A stretch of 62,972 nt of DNA, counting the filler. It is 14 parts of 14 records of this genome, joined end to end, with 100 filler letters (N's around TTAATTAATTAA, not from the genome) between each part and the next. Parts side by side here need not be neighbours in the genome. Positions count along the whole stretch, not along the records: positions 55,549 to 59,732 come from SRR15195285_2444; positions 59,833 to 62,972 come from SRR15195285_2445; 12 more parts are not named here. One strand, given 5' to 3'. The number at the start of each line of letters is the position of its first letter. The first letter of the stretch is position 1. The notes under the pieces are model-generated. The model had not been told where the DNA came from. It did no database searches and was given only the letters and a program-made list of their open reading frames with translations. Shown here one piece after another: positions 56,969 through 62,972 of the stretch. A program made the translations under genes and the position numbers.

Positions 56969-59420
56969 TCACGAGGCCGCCGCAACAATCAGCTCAACTA
57001 AAGCTTGCTTCGGGTCGCCACTCTCCATCGCATCCTGCACACACCAAAACATCAATCTGAACAAACAGCAAGCAGGCTCAAGGTCAGTGGTGCAACACTC
57101 GGCGCACCTCAATTTCAGTCTCTGCCACTCCTGCTGCCGTGGCTTTCTTGAACAGCGACATCACTTTCAAACCCTGCAACTGCTTACGCAGCGCTTCCCC
57201 CCCTGCTGCCATGCTTGCCCCCGCCCGAGCTTCAAGTACCATGCGACGTTTCTCAGCCAGGGTCGGGCCATTTCTCTGAAACACGGGAGTCAGCTCTGGG
57301 AACACGTCCAGAGCGTCCGACGGCATTTTCCAGCTGGCCATCCCTTTTGTCCAGATCACGACGCTGGTCGCTGAGATCTCTCCACTGGTCAAAGCATCGG
57401 CAAACTCCTCAATAGTCACACGCTTGCTCGGCGTGTTGAGAGAGGTAGCGTAGTGCAGAAGCCGCGGCTGCTGCTGCAGTCCACCATCAGCCGGAGGCCG
57501 CTGCACAGAACTGACGGGTGATGTCGTGCCTTTCATCGCGCGGCGTTGGCGTGCTCGCTCAATAGCACTCGACTTGCGTGAGTCGGTCTCCGCTGTGCTT
57601 TCAACGCGTGCAAGTGCCTGGGCAACGACTGGCGCAGGCGCACGAGTCGCCTCCATTGCTGTCGACCGCTCTAATTCGGCCAGCTCCATCCGAGTTTGCT
57701 GCTCACGAGCCTCGCGCTCTGCTTGCAGCCTTCTGCCCTGTTCCCCCAGCGCTTCCTGCTCCGCATTCATATCCCGTCTAACTGCATGGCCACGATAGTT
57801 CGCTTGCAGCTTCGTTGCAGCTGCATGCTCCTCTTGCTGAGACGGCGGCACCCACGGCTCATCGCGCTGATCTTCTCCGGTCGCCTCGATTCGAATACGC
57901 GGCGGCGGTGTCCGATCTCTGTCCCAGTCGGCACGTTCCTTGGCCAGTCGCGCTTCCGCAGCCTCGAGCTGCCGTTCTTCTGCGGCGAATCGTCGCTCCT
58001 CGTCCTGCATCATTTTCAGCGCCAGTGCCTCAGCTGCGCGGGCGGCCTTTGCCTCAGCCTCGTCAAGCTGCCGCAGGCGCTTCTCCATGGCTCGCTGCTC
58101 CGCTACTTCGCGCTCGAACTCGGTCTGCAAGCGCCGGACCTCAGACTGCAGCTCAGCCGGTGAGGAGGCACGAGCCCTTCTCCCCGGTGAAGTCGTCCGA
58201 CCAGGGCTACCTACTCCACCAGCTGCTCTCGCGGGCGACCTATTGCGTCCCACATCACCCAATACTTGGTCACGCCTCTCGAGCAAGAGCCGGCGCTTAT
58301 CTGCCAGGGTTAGGTCCGTTGCAGCTGCACTCTGGGGCTGGGCCTCTGCGACTGGGCTTCTGGCCCTGCTCCGCCGGGCGCTGTGGACCCGCCCAACAGC
58401 AGACCCAGTGGCGCTCCTCCCTGGTGAGCGAGCATAAGAGCGACGAGGCGACCGAGTCGTTCTCTGGCGGCCCGACGAGCCTTTGGTACCTCGGGTAGGC
58501 GAGACCCGCTGCGCCCCACGCCCCGGGCTTGCGCTGTTCCATCGTGTCGTCTTGTGCTTTGGCACCACCTTTGGTGGGCGGAAATCGTTCGTCCACGCCG
58601 CCACGTAGTCCTCCTTAGGGCGTATCTCCCCGAGCGCCGTGACTTCGGTGCCGTCCGGCCGAAACAATTTCTTGGCATAGCTCGTCAACTCGAGCTTTGC
58701 GGTGACTTCGTCCAAAAATTTGGTGAAGCTCGGGATTGTGGCCGGGTTGCACTTCAACAAAACCCCCTCGCCGGGAACGACGATCTCCCCGTTGTGGTGC
58801 AGATAGCAAACCATCGGACCCGATCGACGACCGGCGCTGCCGGCACGACGGCTTGAGCGCAGGGACACCGGCTGGCCCATGAAGCCGTTGCGCTCGCGTT
58901 GGGGAAGTGGCGGGCCTGCCGTCACAGAACCTCCCAGCGTATCAGACTCCTCGGCGGTCAGGCCCTCGCCTTCCACCGGCACTTGGCGCCTGGCACACCA
59001 GTGACAGAACTCGTCGAACAGTATGACTCCTCCGCCGTTCTCGTCCATCGCCGCGAACTCCACCGCGGCGGCGGATCGGGTCAGCTGGATGCCCATCAAC
59101 GCGCAGCCTTGCGCAAACTCAGCCGGCGTCAGCCTGTGGTCATGATCGCGGTCGATCTCATCGAACTTCGCCCACATCTCGTCGAAGTACATGATATACT
59201 TGAGCAGCAGACGAAACTCCCTCCTCTTGATGAAGCCATCATCGTTGCGGTCGGCCGCCTTGTACGCCCTCATCAAAGCCCTCTTGTGGTCAAACTGCGG
59301 CCACAGCTCCGCCACTGCCTTGTCAATCTCCGCCAGGGAGAGCATCCCGTTGCCGTTGAAGTCAAAGCGCCGGAAGAGCTCGTCCCGCTGCGATCGGTCC
59401 GGCATCGCCAGCTCGCTCAT
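56969..59420 (-). CDS. Calflagin/FCaBP-like EF-hands + doublecortin domain + coiled coil + IQ + GYF_2-like domain + short helical C-terminal module; intron about 57035-57107
   Basis: FDFNGNGMLSLAEID, DRNDDGFIKRREF, DRDHDHRL, DENGGGVILFDEF; DCX HNGE..SFTKFLDEVT..KLFRPDGTEV; IQ AATKLQANYRGHAVRR; GEISATSVVIWTKGMASWK. Confidence 0.8.
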
Positions 59421-59732
59421 CGCGCCGGAACACCCGCAGCCCTGCGCCGGAACGCGTCCCGTGGCCGTGGGAACGAACGACCCCAACGCCACCGGCTGGC
59501 CTCCCACGTCCCAGGGTGTCTGTCACGGGCTGGGTTGGAGTCTTGTGGAGTGTATAGAACTCACTGATCAATGAAGCGGACTCCGCAGACCGCCCCGAGG
59601 CACTGGTTTTTTGGGGCATGCTACCAGTAGAGACTAGCGGTGCTGATAACTTGCAGTGGTTCTGGCCTCGCCTGTGGATTCCGGGATGGAAAAGCAAGTG
59701 ATGAATTCCAGTTGATTCGTGAATGGCTGATT

Positions 59733-59832
59733 NNNNNNNNNNNNNNNNNNNNNNNNNNNNNNNNNNNNNNNNNNNNTTAATTAATTAANNNNNNNNNNNN
59801 NNNNNNNNNNNNNNNNNNNNNNNNNNNNNNNN
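59733..59832. other. Artificial contig linker
   Basis: 44N-TTAATTAATTAA-44N. Confidence 0.99.
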
Positions 59833-62800
59833 TCAGGCTCAGGCTCAGGCTCAGGCTCAGGTTCTATCCCACCCGCAGGCTTTGCTCTGGTACATCCATT
59901 CCACCGTCAACGCAAAGCGACCACACAAATGATGAGCCGATTGTTCTAAAGAGGACCAGCCGCAATGATACATAAGACGAAAAGGCGTTGGCTCACCTTA
60001 CGGTGAGTCTTCCACAGCTCGAGCGCACTCCACTTCCTTGTCGTGGCGCTTTTTCGCTTCGCGCTTGACGCGCAACATCTCCTCTGCCGCTTTCAGTTCC
60101 GCTTCTAGGGCAGCAATCTCTGCCTCGGCCTCTAGTCGCTCCCGCTCCGCCTTGGCCGCTTCGGTCTGTGCTTTCAGTATTGTTGGTGGGAGCAACTCGT
60201 CACTTTCAGCGTCTAGTGGGGCATTCGCCGCCGCTGCAGCCTCTGCGCGTAGTTGTGCCAGGGCATCAACACCGGTCATATCTGCGGCATCGAGTGCCTT
60301 GGCGAGCTGTTTTCCTTGTCGATGGACAAAGGAGAGTGTCAACGGACGGGCACCTGCAGTGATACAGATGCATGTGGCACATCATCGTGAGATGGTGCCG
60401 GTGCAGCAAAGATCGCCACATCAGCTTGAATCTCCGCTGACGTTGCGGCACGGCACACGTACCGTTCTTCAGCATAGATAATACTTCTTGATAGGGTTTT
60501 TCTGCCACGGACACTCCATGGACGCTCTCGAGAAGCAGTCCAACCTGTAGCCGTGGGCGCTGCGGGTGGCTGTGTGCCTGAGTTCCCTGTCCACGTCGAT
60601 TACAACACTCAGTTCCCCGAACTTGTGTCTGACAGCAGCGTGCTAACAATGACGTAAACAGTGGCGAGAAGGATGGCAGCGTACTGGGTTGATCCGCAAC
60701 ACCTCAGCCCTGATAAACACATGAACCATCCAAGTTGCAACGGTATTATAAGGGCGTTCAATTGTAAGAATGCCGGTGCTGATGCGCGCAAGTGCGGACG
60801 CGTGTGACTCACCGTCCTGTTAAACTATTCTCTACGAACTTAAGGCCCAGGGACCCAGGTTCTGTGAAGGTGACACTCAGTGTCGATGCATCCACGTCGT
60901 CAGACTTGCCATTTCCACTATTGGACGTGGAGCCACGCGCAGACCCATCCGTATCACTAGTGCCGGATGTCGATTTTGAGCTAGGCTTTGAGCTAGAGCT
61001 GGAGCTGAAGCTTGAGCTTGAGCTGAGCATTTTCGCAGCAAGCTTCTTCTCCTTTGCCTTTGACTTTGCCTTCCCTCGCTTCATCTTCTCTATCTCTTTT
61101 TCGGCCGACTTAGCGACCGTGACATTCCCAGCCTTGCGAGCGAGCGACGCTGCATGCTTCCAGTGCCGCTCTGCCTTATCATATTCATGCAGTCCGTTGA
61201 AGACCTGACCGAGTCGAAAGATGGCCTTTACGTTCTCAGGCTCATCCGCCAAGACTTTTTCGCAACTCTGGCCCGCCTCGACAAAGGACTGCAGCTTCAG
61301 GAAAGCAGCCGCACGATTCAGATGAAGAGGAATCTTCAGTGCAGTAAGTCGCTTTGCCAGGGCCGTGTTCTCGTCAGACTCCTCTGCCATGGGTCCGATG
61401 GTCGTGTCAAGGAGGGTCTCCAAGTAGCTGACTGCCTTGTGGTACAGCTTTGAAGCTTCTGCAAAATTTGCATCAGTAAAGAGAGCGTTGCCCTGCACGC
61501 GCCACTGCTCAGCCGCTTGAATCTTTGACTCTACGTCAAGCTCCCAAAACTCTGCCACGGTGACATCAAACTGCTCAATGGATGTCAGTCTGATAGTGAA
61601 GACCAGCGGCTCGCCGTCCCGTGCAAGCCGTCCCGAGTTCTGGAACTCCATCTGCTTTGAGGTTAGCTCTGGGTTGCACGCGGGACAGCCTAACAAGGCC
61701 GAGGCTCCTCCAGGGCAGCCCTTCGCGTGCTCAGCGCGCAGCATTACCATCTGCATATCGGCAAAACCGTCGGCATACCGTGCAGCACAGTAGACCTCCG
61801 CCCTGCAGCAAAGATCGCGCCACAGCGGTTCAGTATGTAGTGAGTACGCAGAAACTAAACGCCGAGGACACAAAAGGTGGCGGCACTAGACAAGAAAATG
61901 AAAAGGAGCACAGGGCGGGTGGTGTACGCACGTCTCGCCAACTTGCATATTTGCGACAGCATGCTCCCAGCCCTGTATCTTGAAGTTCTTCCCAATCCTG
62001 ATGCCGCCACCCGGGCATTCCTCCCACCCATCCTTCTCGATATCGACCGGGTGCCGCTCCGTGCCAGAGAAGTACTCCGCACGGAACTCAAAGTTGCACT
62101 TGGCACGCGGGCGCGCTCGCTCACCCGGTGCGGCTGGCTCCTCGAGCATCCGCAGCAGGCATCCACCGTCTGGCGTGAGCTCCTTGATGGTCGCGCGCTG
62201 CTCTGGCGGAACGCACTCGATGAGCGTGCGCGGTGGTGGAGCGCGCGGACGCGGTGCCTTCGCGCCAAAGACGCCGGCCTTCGCGAGCTGCTGGAACTTT
62301 GCCGTCAGCGCCGGGTCTGCTTTCACCTCTGCGACAACCGCCTTTGCGCCTTCTTCGTCGGTCATGCTGCGCGACGTGCCACCGCAAGCGAACGCGCTCG
62401 GTCAAAGAGTGCAGCCGATCAAGCTGCAGCGGGAGCCAGGCGACGCACCGGTCTAGCAGGGCCTTCACCGCCGGCTCCGCTATGATAGCTGCGATGGCTG
62501 GGTCGTCGTGGTCCGTGACGGTCGCCGCTTCACCGCCGGCGCTGCCGGCCAGCCGCGCGCTGACGCCAGCCATGTCTCCGCCACGCATCGCCTCGAGCAT
62601 GCTCTCCATGTTCTTGACCTTGGCTTTCATCGCCTCGCGCTGCTCCGGCTCAAGATTTCGGAGGTTCGGATCCTCGTCCTCTTCATCCGCGCCAATCGAG
62701 TCCCAGCGACTGTGCAAACATACGGACAGACAGACAGACAGCCCAGCCCGTGCAGCTGAGCTCCCGCTGGGCAGCACGCAGCGCAGATGCCACAGCCCGT

Positions 62801-62922
62801 CGCCTTGCAAGCTGGCGCAGGTGGTGTGGCTCAGCGCACGAGTAGTCAAAATCGCCCGTCCGACGCTGCACCTGTGCCTCCGGCTCCGGCTCCGCCGACC
62901 CGCCCTTGGGGAACGAGATCAT
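59833..62922 (-). CDS. 3'-partial multi-exon co-chaperone: DYSRWD motif, STI1/DP-like, AIP-like FKBP domain, 3 TPRs, PDZ, coiled coil, PE repeats
   Basis: FDYS|RWDSIGADEED; DPAIAAIIAEP..ADPALTAKFQQLAKAG; IRIGKNFKIQGWEHAVANMQVGE; GNALF..LHLNRAAAFLKL..NVKAIFRLG; FTEPGSLGLKF..GTQA..YQEVLSMLKN..PLTLSF. Confidence 0.8.
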
Positions 62923-62972
62923 CCTCCTCGACGACGCCCTCACCGACGCCCTCGACGACGCCCTCGACGATG

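Overview
This window is not one locus. It is 14 short (about 3-8 kb) eukaryotic contigs joined by 13 artificial 100-nt linkers (44 N + TTAATTAATTAA + 44 N), so adjacency across linkers means nothing. The DNA is gene-dense and GC-rich, uses the standard code, and has short GT-AG introns (about 60-200 nt, often with CTAAC/CTGAC-like branch points). Gene content suggests a heterotrophic, probably flagellated protist. A marine picoeukaryote SAG/MAG such as Picozoa is my guess and cannot be verified here. About 24 genes or gene fragments were hand-spliced. Carbohydrate-active enzymes: GH127-like, DUF2961/GH172-like, a broken GH2, a sialate O-acetylesterase-like protein and GH29. Others: kinesin-5, Janus/PHPT1, VPS13-like+FYVE, a Cys-rich 7TM surface protein, SAM/EF-hand/Dpy-30, a SnRK2-like kinase, nocturnin, JmjC, PhyH, a PHTF-like protein and a TRP-like tail. 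The most interesting items are a BTB-BACK protein carrying both a Pex14 N-terminal domain and seven LAAxFL (Pex5 LVxEF-like) motifs, an intron containing a dead tandem copy of the next exon, a degenerate kinesin-PX protein, a mosaic Hsp90 co-chaperone, a GH2 pseudogene with a footprint-like 5-nt insertion, and a contig bounded by diverged inverted repeats. No rRNA, tRNA, CRISPR array or intact transposase was seen. All domain calls are by-eye motif recognition, not database searches.
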